DNA from: Massalongia carnosa
Taxonomy: Eukaryota
DNA: 64,000 bases
Direction: 5' to 3'
Assembly: GCA_965645245.1 (NCBI GenBank)
Contig: OZ287085.1
Coordinates: 310,001-374,000, forward strand
Below are positions 10,821-22,084 of the stretch, piece after piece. The position numbers and the translations under genes were made by a program. The notes below the pieces were generated by a model. It was not told the DNA's origin. It made no database searches and saw only the letters and a list, made by a program, of their open reading frames with translations. The first letter of the stretch is position 1, and each line of letters begins with the position of its first letter.

Positions 10821-12566
10821 TCACTTCTTGCCTTCCCCCTTTGGTTTCTTGAACACAGGTTCGGAGGTCTGAGATGACGGAAGTTCCGGTTCTGTCTGTT
10901 GTGAGTACGAGGTGGTCAGTTGGCTGTTGTTCTGTTCGGAGGACTCAATATTTGATTGCTGCGAGAGGGGCTGCACAACAAAGACTTCCGGGTCGGGTAG
11001 CTGATCAGCTGCGGAAGTGATCCTTTCGTGGTGGATTCGACGAAAGTCGTGATAAACGCTCAGTGTGAACTTGTAGGCCGTCCATCTTTCCTCTCCGTCT
11101 CGGCTAATAAGACTGAAATGATGAATCAGATGGCGGTAGAAGGTGGTCTCCTTTCCTTTAATCAGGGCATAATGGCCATAAATCTTCACAGCCTGATGAT
11201 CGTGCGAGACTGAGAAGGTAAGGATCTTTTGATGAAGCTCATCTTGACGCGACACCAATCTATATAGCTCGACGACGGCGTTTGCGGCAACGGCGGCGCT
11301 ATGAGCGTTCTGTCGATCTGCGACGTTGAGAGCTTCGTTACCGCATTTCACCTCCGCTGTGAGGAATGGGAAATACATCTCATCTGTAGCCACCAGACGA
11401 GATGTAGTCTGCCAATCACCAATAGAGGGTTGCAACTTCTTGAGTTGGTCAGAGGTGAATGCCGACGATTTAAGTCCTACAGCAAAGTCGGGCTGCGGCC
11501 GAGGACCCTTAATAAGAGGGATGGATTTGATCCAGCTTTCATCGACGGTTTCGATCAAATGCTTAAGATGTGTTGCCCCACGACGAGCCAGTTCTTCTGG
11601 AGCAGGAACGATCAACCGACCAATATCCTGAATAACTCTTGCCTCGTTTCGGTTTGATATATCTTCCAAAGTCCATTCAAATAGATTATCGTTAAACAGA
11701 GAGTCTTTGGGTACTGGCTGTTCTTTGTTGAGTAATTCTCGGCAAAGAGCTTTGTCAACTTTGGTCGCTCGCAAGTGCGGTTCAGGCTGGCCCATGTAGA
11801 TGCCGACGGATTTAAGTATCTGCTCATAGCGCCGACTCTTGACGAGAGGATTTTTTCCTTCTCTTAAAGACACGCCGCTAATATCTGATTCATGTTTGCT
11901 GAGAGACGGAGTCGACCTCTTCCGGGTAAGTGAATGGGTCATGCTGCTGTCTTGCTTGAAATTTGCTCCAGACCAGCTTCCTTCTTCGATCCAACGACGG
12001 ATGGCGTTGGCGTCGTTATTCTTGGTGTTGCTACGAAGATCTGTAAGTGTTGCGCCTTCAACAGCACGGTTTGCAGGTGAGGTTCGTTGACGTTTTCGGG
12101 TAGGCCTTTCCTGGGCTTGCAAAGGTGTACGGGCAGCTCTTTTGGCCTCAGGTTTGTGATTCTGCCCAAGCTCTTCACTCCGCTTCCGCTTTCGACCTAG
12201 ATTGGAAAGGTTGACTGATTCCTGTGGGCGCTTTGGCCTGAGTCAGTGGTCGCAGTTGTACAACAAGGGATTGTAGAATGTACCTCTTTGTCAGGCGTGA
12301 TACTGGTTGGAGAAGGAAGTTGAAATAGTTGCTCTTGAATCTCCGGTTGCTGATGGAGACGTATACTCTTTTCTAGACGTGCACTCCTACGAACAGATGT
12401 AAGAGGCTCTTTTTTCCCAATACCGCGTGGGTGTGCCGCTACGGGCTGTCAGCTGAAGAAACAATTATGCATGTGTGGTAGCAGTTTTACCTTGGTTTTT
12501 CAATGGGTCCAGCAAAAGTTGCCGCCCATATCTCTTGACATCTGACTTTGCTCGTGGTGGGGACAT
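10821..12566 (-). CDS. Fungal PD-(D/E)xK restriction-endonuclease-like protein (DUF7924-like), predicted 3 exons, ~546 aa
   Basis: Exons 12566-12491, 12438-12284 and 12230-10821. The 52- and 53-nt GT-AG introns have CTGAC branch sites and keep frame. Motifs PQPDFAVG, FPFLTAEVK and ADRQNAHS, with a basic RRSARL/KRKR-rich N-terminus. Confidence 0.7.
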
Positions 12567-12829
12567 GATGATTGAACGAGGGGACGAGAGGCACACGTCT
12601 TTATTGCGTAGTAGGATGGTGTGTAAAGAACAGCAGGAGGTGTGGTGGTTAGCAGGCAACGAAGCCTTGGCGGCGGCACAGTCTTGGGGCTGCGGCACTT
12701 ACTAACCTAATTGGTCCATGAGTCATCGGGATCACCCGCCGCCAGCCTGAAACACATCGTTCAACTTTTAGATTGATCAGATCCCGAGGAAAACGACTTG
12801 CATGAGAGATGGGAGTCAATGAACAATTA

Positions 12830-14204
12830 CGGAGGATGACACGAAAAGTCCTTGGATGCGCTATGACACTAAGAATTTAGCGTAACGCCACCACACCACC
12901 CGTTTTGACCCCATCATCAACCTCATTTTCAAAGAAAGACCTCATCAACCTACATCACTGTGATCAATGATGTCTTTACGATAGCGACTGCGACGATCTT
13001 CGGAATTATATGGCCTAATCACACCGTTGTCTCGACCCTCTCTATACTCGTTTCCTCCGTCCAAAGCAATGATCTCCTGTATATGTCTTGGAATTCTTTC
13101 CATCCAATGCTGAATTTGTTCCTGTTTCAGACTTTTTGTCCAGCACTGTGTCCATGCTTTGATGGCCGTAATGCGATTTCGAGGTGCTCCTTTAAGTGTG
13201 GTTTCTTTTTTCATTCAGTACCAACATTGCTCGATCATGTTCAAATCGGGAGAATTACCCGGCCACAACAAACGCAGGACTCCTGCATTCATAAAGACGA
13301 TGTTCTGATGTTTAGAAGCATGACAGGGAGCCTTGTCCTCCTGAACAATAGTACCGGGACGATCTTTCATACATTCTTTGGCAAAGGGTAGAAGTTTGGG
13401 TAAAAGAATGACCTTCTGATAACAGTACCAGTCGATGCCCCCTTTGCCTTTTCGGACCACTTTTCCATGCGTTTCATTCCACCTCCAGGCTGGTTTTCGA
13501 CCTCCTTTCGTACGCAGTCCCATTCGTTGCATGCCCGTTTCCAACTCCCAATTCTCTTTCGCTACGGGCTCCAATATCTCATTGATTTTGTCAATATCTC
13601 TCTGAGCGGCGTGTTTTTCTGCTGCTGTCTCCGGCTTCCATATATGAAAAGGTCCTTTCTTTTCATACGAAAAACAACCCCGAAACATGAACTCGGAACA
13701 TCCTTTCCATCTACGTCGGACGCACGATTGAGCATATTTTTCGTTTGGAGTTCGCCATTGAAGTCTTCGTCCACGTCGAGAGTTCAACACGACACTGGTT
13801 TCATCGCTCCATATAACATTCTTCCAATCATCGAGAGTCCAGTGTTGATGACGCAAACAAAATTGCAATCGAGCATCTTTCATCGCTGAATCAAGACCTG
13901 GCTTCATGATAGATTTGCAGGGACGAAAGTTATTGCGTCGAAGAAAATTGAGAATGGTTGTAGATGAAACTCCGTGCTCATATCCCAAAACGGCTGAGGA
14001 TTTTTCTCTCCTATTTCGATCATGACGAACATTGTTTAAAATGGCCTGTTCTACCTCAGGCGTCACTTTGGTAGGACGTCCTGAACGAGGTGCATCTTGC
14101 ACGTATTCTACCTTCAATATTCGTGAAATAGTGGGATCATATTCTCGATCTCGTGCCTTACGTTTGAGATAGCTGATAGATTGGGTGGAAACTCCGGTGA
14201 CTGC
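12830..14204 (-). mobile_element. Tc1/mariner transposon, defective, 5' end lost at the hAT junction
   Basis: APRSGRP, IWSDETS, QEDKAPCH and SPDLNMIE motifs, with a premature stop at 13215. The left boundary is inferred from the TA at 12828-29. Confidence 0.8.
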
Positions 14205-14792
14205 TACGCCGCGGAATGGGTTGGGTTGGGTTCGGGTTGGGTTATTGTTGGGTTGGGTTGGGTTCGGGTTGGGTTTTCATTGGGTTACCCAAATCACATG
14301 CTTAGTAATAGTAATCAATAACCTTGACTTATCAACGTGGCGATCGGCGTTAGTATCTTATGTATTCTCAACTATACCATCTACTTACCACCAGGCATAC
14401 TCTTCCTGGTGGTTGGTTTTCTTATCGCACCAGTTCTGGCACCTGGTCCGGGTATTCTATCGAGTGTTCGGTTTGGAATTCGCGCGGGTTTGCGCGTACG
14501 CTTGCGCGGAGTCTTCGGTGCCATATCTAAAAGCAAACAGGCAAGCAGACAGGTTATCAGTGGTCGCGCGTGGCAACTAGGTTAGGTTCAGTATGACTAG
14601 GTTGGGTTGGCTAGTTTAGGTGGAATATTTATGCATGCGTTGAATTTGACTGAGTGTTTAGAACGTAAACGTAGTTATTAATGCTTTATCGCAGCATAAT
14701 CTAGTCAATGAAGTTACATTCCTACAGCTACATTCCTACTGCTACATCCTATATATACATTCCTATATATACAATCCTCGTCATTCGCAACA

Positions 14793-17725
14793 ATGAGCAG
14801 CTCGCAGATGATAGATTCAGAGATATACGATCTTCAAGTTGTGGACACACCCACCAGATGCTACGCATATGTGGCCGAGAAAAGCGAGGAGTTTATGGAA
14901 TGGTGGCGAAGTACGAGATGGCATTTTGCTAATGAAGAGAAGAGTAGAAAGGCGATGAAGAAGATCGATTGGGGATCGACCAAAAGAAAGGCGGCGGAAT
15001 GGAAAGAGTTTCAGGAAGGCGCCACTGTGGGCGATGGTAATCCCAAAATAATCTGCTCGCGATGCTCCCTGGTCTTGACTCATCCCTCACTGGGCTCCGG
15101 AAATAACTGCATGACTAATCACATAAATTCCGAGTCCTGTAAAAAGACGTCGACATTGAAAGGAATGAAGCAACTTTCCTTAAAGGTTGGATATCGTGCC
15201 GAAGTATGACTACCACAATGACTACCACATTACGTGCTTTGCTAATCAATATTAGATTGAAGCAAAAAGACAAGAGGCCTTAACTCTCAACGGGCGTAGA
15301 CTAAAAAAGGATGATTTCACGCCTCAATTGCTTCGTATGATTGTTGCTCTTGGGCTACCGTTACGAAGTGTCGCCAATGTCGAATTGCAAAGAGCGTTCA
15401 ACTGTCTGCTCGATAATGTACAGTTTCCTTCACCATCGACAATCAAGAATCGCTTGATGACCCGAAGTCAAGAGATTATTCCGCTTTTGCTCGAGAGGCT
15501 ACCTAGGGGTAGTTCAAAGGTCTCTCTGGCTTTGGATTGTTGGTCGTCATTTAATCGTCAAGGTTATCTGGCCATCAATGCTTACTTCATTGACGATAAA
15601 TGGAATTATCACGAAGTGCTTCTTGCCTTCGAACACGTTGAAGGCTCACACACGGGAATAAAACTTGCTGAAGTATTGAACAGCGTTTTAATCAGACATT
15701 CTATTGAAGATCGTGTTTTGGCATTAACCACGGACAGTGCATTTAATAACACAACGATGGTAGATGAGTTGCGACGAATGATACGAAGCAATCGAGCCTT
15801 GGCACTTCTACACACTGATGCTAATGAGATACAGCGAGTGCCTTGTTTATCGCATGTAATTCAACTTGCTGTGAAACAGCTACTTGGGTGTATTCACATT
15901 AATCCCAAAAATGCCGATTTCAAAACCAGCTGGGATGATAAGCAAGATAGACGGGATTTCGAAAACCCGACACCTGGAGTTCCCCTTACGCTAGCTAAGG
16001 CAAGATTTATTTTGTGGTAGTCGTTGTGGTAGTCGTTCTAAATTTCGATTAGGTTCGAGCATTAGCTGTTTACATTAACAGTAGCAATTTACGTAAGGAG
16101 AACTTCTACGCTGTTCAACGAGCATTAAATGACGAAGAGAGACGCACTGGAAACTCGGTCAGCGGTACAGTACTTAAGCTTTTTCAAGATGTAAATACTC
16201 GATGGGACTCCACATGTCACATGTTAATTCGAGCGCTCAAGTTGCGACAAGCGCTGAATAGATATCATGATAAACATGAAGCCGAGTATTTGAGATTGCT
16301 CGACGTGGAATGGTCACAGATAGAATATCTTATCGATTTAACGAAGCTACTCTGCGTCTTCACAAAGATGATTGGTCAATCAAAGCAACCGACCATTCAT
16401 CAGGTGTTCGAGATCTACAATAAGCTGTTCGATCATCTGGACAAGCTCGCGCAAGATTATCTCGTAAGCGAGTATCGTGGAAACGGGCGCTATTGAATGG
16501 CATCGAGGCGGCTGCAACGAAATTACGTCAATACTATTCTAAAACTCAGGGGTCATTAGGTTATCTATATGGAAAGGCGGCATTGCTATCTCCCAATAAG
16601 AAGGACCTAATTTTCAAGGGTCTCAATTGGGATGCGCCCTATGGGGAAAGTCGATGGGAAGATCAATATTGGCAATCTCTGGAAGCGGAATTCGATATCT
16701 ACGAGAATTCTCAAACCTCACAAGTACGCGGGCGTAATGTCGCGGTCATTCGAGACTTGAATAATCTGGAGCTTCTTCTGAGTACGAATAATGCTACTCC
16801 GCTCGCTCTAGATGACGAGTTCAACTGCTATCGTCAGCGAGGTAGGTTAACTGATACAATAAATCAGGTCTTTTCTCATTGTGTTCAACTTATTTAAAAT
16901 ACACAGCGATGCATGATCGTTCGGGTCCTATTCTACAACAGTGGAAAGATCTCGAGCCGGAATTTCCACAAATGAGTATGGTTGCCAGGGACATCCTTGC
17001 TGTACCAGCCGCTGGCGTTGGATGTGAGCGCGTTTTTAGCGTTGCGGGAGCCCTTTACGATCATCGCAAGAATTTTCATCCGGATACATTCTCCGCGATG
17101 ATGATGGTTCGTTTCTACGATCAGAAGGAGAATGCAGATGCAAGTTTACACGTAGATTTGGAAGAAGAAGAAAGCATGAGTCTTGAGGATTTGACTAATG
17201 AGATGCAAAGGCGACATGAAGACCTAACACAGGTTTTTCAGAAGGTCTACATTAGTGATGAAGAAGACGATAACAATGACGAGGACCAGTTAACGCAGAT
17301 CGGGTCATCGCAGGTTGAGCAGGTCTCAGCGCGAGATGTAAGCATCGAGTCACTTACTTCCGTGTCTTCTTGAGCTAATTATTCTACAGAAAAGTAAGAA
17401 ACGAACTTACAATAACAGAAACTCCATTTCCGAGCAACGCGATAGGAATAAGAGGATTGCAACGCGCACAAGAAGGGGTAGGCTTCCATCAAGCGAGGAG
17501 GTGAAGGAGGGTATGATAGAGGAGGGTGTGGTGGATGAGGTGGAGGAGGAGGAGGAGGAAGAGGGTGTAGTGGATGAGGTGGAGGAGGAGGAGGAGGAGG
17601 AGGAGGGTGTGGTGGAGGATGAGGTAGAGGAGGGGGGTGGAGAGGGTGGGGGTGACAAGAAGGTGGAGAGTAAAGGAAGAGATGGCGAGAGACTTTCTTT
17701 ACGAGTTTTGAATAGGAAGCGATGA
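14793..17725 (+). pseudogene. hAT-1 transposase, multi-exon, disrupted
   Basis: BED-like C-x2-C..H..C finger, LALDCWS, TTDSAFN, CLSHVIQL, QDVNTRWDST (joined through intron 16000-16052) and dimerisation motif ARDILAVPAAGVGCERVFS. Frameshift near 16440 and a Glu-rich tail. The end is approximate. Confidence 0.85.
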
Positions 17726-17833
17726 ATGGGCGACATACTTCGATATTCGATAGAAGATAGCATATGAATTTGTGATAGTCTTTATGGTAGTTTGACGTCA
17801 ACGAAATAAATGTTTTATCTATAATCTATATTT

Positions 17834-19234
17834 ATTATTAAATTCATACTCGTTGTGACATCAGCTACAGCCGACCCATGCGAGAAAAGCTATCAAAGTT
17901 TCAAAGAAGGAAAACCCTCATCGAGGGGAAAAAACCTTCATCTGTATACCTACACGTGATCGCTCGACCTCACTTCGCGAATGCTACGTTTCGCTAGCGC
18001 CACGTCTACGACACACATGCGTATCAAGAGACTACCTTCTGCCTCTGTTATAACTAGAGTTTGTGACTATCACTACGCGACAGTCAGGGGGAGGAAGAAA
18101 GACACTCTACAGCTAGCGAAAACTGTGTCAGTAGATTAGTCCGCATAAGCCAGCGAGCGGAGGCTCGTAAGCCCTTTTCGGTGGTTAGAAGGCGGCGATA
18201 ATCCGTCGTTCCGGCGTCTCTGCACATGTTGCTTCGGCCGTTAACAAACCTGGGGCAGCTGAGTAGCACATGCTTGAGCGTCTGGCGTGCCCATCCACAG
18301 CTACACGCCGGCGAAGCGAACGTGGGAACTCGACGAGAGAAGAGATAATCCGCCAAGCCAATACGCTCAGTACGCATTTGAATGATGAGGCTGCTTTCGG
18401 ATTTGCTGAAGTTCTTATGTAATCCCAGTCTCTTTATCGAAAGACCCTCAGTAAGCGCAGCGCAGGGAAGACGCTGATGAGCCGCCCGATACGCGCTCCA
18501 GGTCTGTTTCCACTGATTGTTGAAGATCTTGGCTAGCCCTCTGTCCGTCGGAGTGTCCTCTATCATGTCAGCAGGCCGGACTCGAGCAATCTGCCTCGTA
18601 TACCAGTCACGCTTACGCTGAGCCGGCGTAGCGTTAAGGGCGCGCCGTCGTCTACCGCGCGAGGCAGTCAGCTTGCGCTTGATCTTCTCACAGAAAGCGG
18701 AGATGCGTTGATCGTGTTCATGTTCTTTAAGACGTCGTCGTGCCTTCGCCTGCAAGTGAGCTAGATGCAGCTGAATTGGAGAAACGTGAGTTTCGGCTTC
18801 GATGATGATTTGCGGAGTAGCGCGAAGTCCTCCGCTTATCACTCGCAGACACTCTCGCTGTATGTCACCGAGCTGTTTGTCGATCCTCTGCGTGCCGTCG
18901 GGACGGCCATATGGCGAATGCCAGACGGTAGAGCCGAAGGTAATCGCCGGTCGCACGACGGCGCTATAAACGTGTCTCGCCTTCGTAAAGCACGCTCCCC
19001 ACGTAGAAGCCGTAAGCCTGGATAATGCCAAGGTCTGTGTAGCCATTTTGCCCTGTATGAACTTTAGATGAGGGCCCCATTTAAGCTTGGAGTCGATCTG
19101 AATTCCAAGCACTCGCACCGACGGCGAAGGCGTCTTATCCACGCCTCATATGCACACGGCAGCCGTCATGTCGAAGCGACGATCATTTCTGGCGAGATGT
19201 AGTAGCTCGTATTTAGCAGGCGCGAAGTGCGCTC
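17834..19234 (-). mobile_element. 5'-truncated Tad1-type LINE
   Basis: RT C-terminus (RVLGIQIDSKLKW) and C-terminal CSCG..HVLLSC knuckle, (TAA)n tail. 15-bp TSD ctataatctaYattt at 17819-17833 and 19235-19249. Confidence 0.9.
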
Positions 19235-19600
19235 CTATAATCTACATTTTACTTTGTGATAGTCATTAAAATAAATCTACAATTATTGAAAACCCTAACT
19301 CATGTGATAAATATTGCATTCGTGTTTTGTGGTAGTCATGCTAGTAGTCATCATTTACACTCGCAGATTTTTTCTGTTGGGTAACCCAACGATAACCCAA
19401 CCCAACCCAGAACCCATTGGGTTGGGTTCTCATTTTAATAACCCAACCCAACCCAACCCATTCCGCGGCGTATTTGTGTTATGGTGCGAATAAGGATAAT
19501 CTAGGAAAGGTAGTCATAAGAAGGTTGTTAAGATAGCTAATTGATACCCCTGACATTTAGCGTCGAGGGAGGTAACGCATTGGGTTTAGTGGGAAGCTTA

Positions 19601-21781
19601 CGGGATTTCCCGGTGAAACGCCGAACCCGGTGAGAACGCCGAAATTTCTAAATTTCGGCACTTTGCTATTTTTTGCTACCTTGCGACAACCACCACGATT
19701 GATACACTGAAGCTTTGGTAAATTGTACATAGAAGGTGTCCAATTTGATGTATAGAAGAAAAATTCTATTCGCCAAAATGATTTGGCTTTCGCACCTCTC
19801 TCCCCCTAGATGTACGAGAAATTATCATTTCCACTCCACCAACCACCTCGACATCATCACTTTGCTCCTGGGACTGCTTTCGACACTTTGGCACCTGCTT
19901 TGGCCCTGTAGATGTCGATTTCAACCTCATCGATAATTCAGAAGGCTTAGTACTTGCGGTTTTCAATTCGTTTTGGGCCTGCTTTTCGACCGCTTTAGAC
20001 TGCCTCGCCTCCTCGATCAATCGTTTTTTTTCTATAGCAACTAGGGCCCGTTCTTGCTTTTCTTTTTCCTTCAGCGACTTGTTAAAAACTAATTGTGCCC
20101 GTTTTTCAGCGAGATCCTGTTGCCGTCGTGTCTTTTCGTCATCTTTTGAAGCCTGATAGGCTCTGGCCGCTGCCACCCTACCCGGACTGAAAAATTGAGG
20201 CCCAGAATCTTCTTCACCTAGCAAATTCAGGCGTTTACCACGTTTTCGTCGTTTCTTTTCCTATTTAAGTGCCTCGCATAGGCCCCTAATTACGTGTTGA
20301 TCAATAGAACGATTAGCTGCGAGACGCTCATTTGCAGCAAATATCTTGGACAACAAAACTCTATTTGGCTCTTTTACGTAGGCTTTTTGTATGCGACGAA
20401 CCGCCCGTCCCGTCATAGGTGTCTTGGGTGCTTGTGTGACGTTAGGTATCTCCTCTGGTGAAGGCGAGTTGGTGATTTTATCTAGTAGGATGTTTGGATT
20501 GTACGGCCATATGCCTGTCTTCTCAAACCCAGAGTTTATGTTCTTTTCATTGAAGGCCTTCTGCCAGGCAGGTCAAAAAACACCCCAGAAGACTCTTTTT
20601 GATATGTTCACTGTGCCCAATGAGTTAAACATCATATCATTGAGGCCATTCGTATAATACCGGGCCAGGGGGGCAAACAATGAAACATCTAGGGGTTGCA
20701 ACCGGTGCGTAGTATGCGATGGTAGAATCATCAATAGAATTCGTAGTTCATCGCATTTATTGATGAATTTCATATTGACGTGGCTAGAATGACCATCCAC
20801 CACCAGCAACCGCCTTCTATGCCCCATTTGCTTCGTACATCGTTCAAAAACACGCTCAAGCTAGTTCAGACCAAGCAGGTCACAACTCCATCCATTGGAG
20901 GAGACCGCGAAGAAAGCTTGCTGATCTACACTCCAATCTTCTAACCATGTATCCTGAAGTGTCTTTGAATCGCCTCTATAGATCAGCGCGGGTGGTAAAG
21001 CGGTACCGTTTGCGCATATGCAAGCCAGTAGACTGATGAATTCACGACTTCCATCTTGACTCGCATGGGTTATGCGCCCCGATTCTAGAGCTTCAAGAGT
21101 CATTATTCGCTTTACGGCAGAGGCCATGCCAATTAAAAAGCCCTTTTCGTCCCAATTATAGACGTTATCTGCTGTGATGTTATATTTTTCGATGCCCGCG
21201 ATCAACTAGAAGAAATGTTGACTATTAGGCACAAATGCGACGCAATTAGGGGCAGTTATATTGCCAAAAGTACGGACCTGATCATAGAATTGTTTGAATG
21301 TAGGTGCATACTCAGACTTTATGCGTAGACTGTCCATGTTGCGTAAATATAGACTTTTAAGTCTATCTTGATTTCGCTTAGTGAATTCTCCCGCCCAGTT
21401 CCTACCTACTGACGACTGGATCATTTCTTCTGCCAAATTGCGCACAATTGTAGGGGTAGGAGGTATTCCTCTGTCGGTTAATCGATTGATTTGTGAGATT
21501 AGAGCCTCTTCTTGGACCGTTGTGAGGCGTTGCTTATGTGTGGATGAAGCCTCCCGTCGGGAGACCGATTGGCCTTTCCATCGCCGCCGAAGAGTACTTT
21601 CGACTAGGCCAAATTTCTTAGCAGTTGCAAGTATATTTGGTCGCTCTTGCGATTCTAAATTAGCAATTGCTTGGTCAATTGGCGCGGTGGTGGTAGTGTT
21701 ATTCATGGTTGAAGAGGGTAAGGTGGTGCGGAGTAATTTTCTAAAATTCGGGCGTTGTCAGCGTTTCACCGGGAAATCCCG
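19601..21781 (-). mobile_element. Fot1/pogo transposon, copy A, inserted in the Gypsy 5' LTR
   Basis: TIR CGGGATTTCCCGGTGAAACG with TA duplication. Transposase 21706-19766 has an intron at ~21206-21277, motifs NWDEKGF, VDGHSSH and LQPLDV, and stops at 20861, 20573 and ~20261. Confidence 0.92.
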
Positions 21782-22084
21782 TACTTCATCAAGGTTAGTG
21801 AAGGGGTTAAGGAGTTATAAGAAAATCTCTGCAGCAATTGCTGCTTTCTTCTTTGTGTTCGTCTTGTTTATTTAGAATAGCTATTAGCTAGCCATCAAGA
21901 CCATCATCACCACCACTTGGTTAGGCCTTTTATTGCCCACCCGTTACATTACGAACATGTCGGACTAACGGCAGAGATCATGTAATAAGCGAGACAAGCT
22001 CATCAAAATTCTCTTCTTGTAAATTTAGGCTTAGAGGATTCATCATAAATCCATTAATAAATCAATCATCTATTTCACTATCAA

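Larger units (their letters stand above)
14205..19472 (+). mobile_element. hAT transposon (hAT-1) with a LINE fragment inserted in its 3' part
   Basis: TIRs TACGCCGCGGAATGGGTTGGGTTGGGTT at 14205 and the reverse complement ending at 19472. Subterminal (GGGTT)n repeats flank an internal transposase. Confidence 0.9.

Noticed and set aside
1352..12566. Starship element call
   Set aside because: No tyrosine recombinase captain or element boundary is present in the window, so this is kept only as a hypothesis.
14218..14290. Telomere repeat
   Set aside because: The unit is GGGTT rather than TTAGGG, and it is mirrored at the other hAT end, so it is subterminal TE sequence.
17379..17801. Pro-rich and Ser-rich minus-strand ORFs
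   Set aside because: They are antisense readings of the GAG-rich acidic tail of hAT-1.
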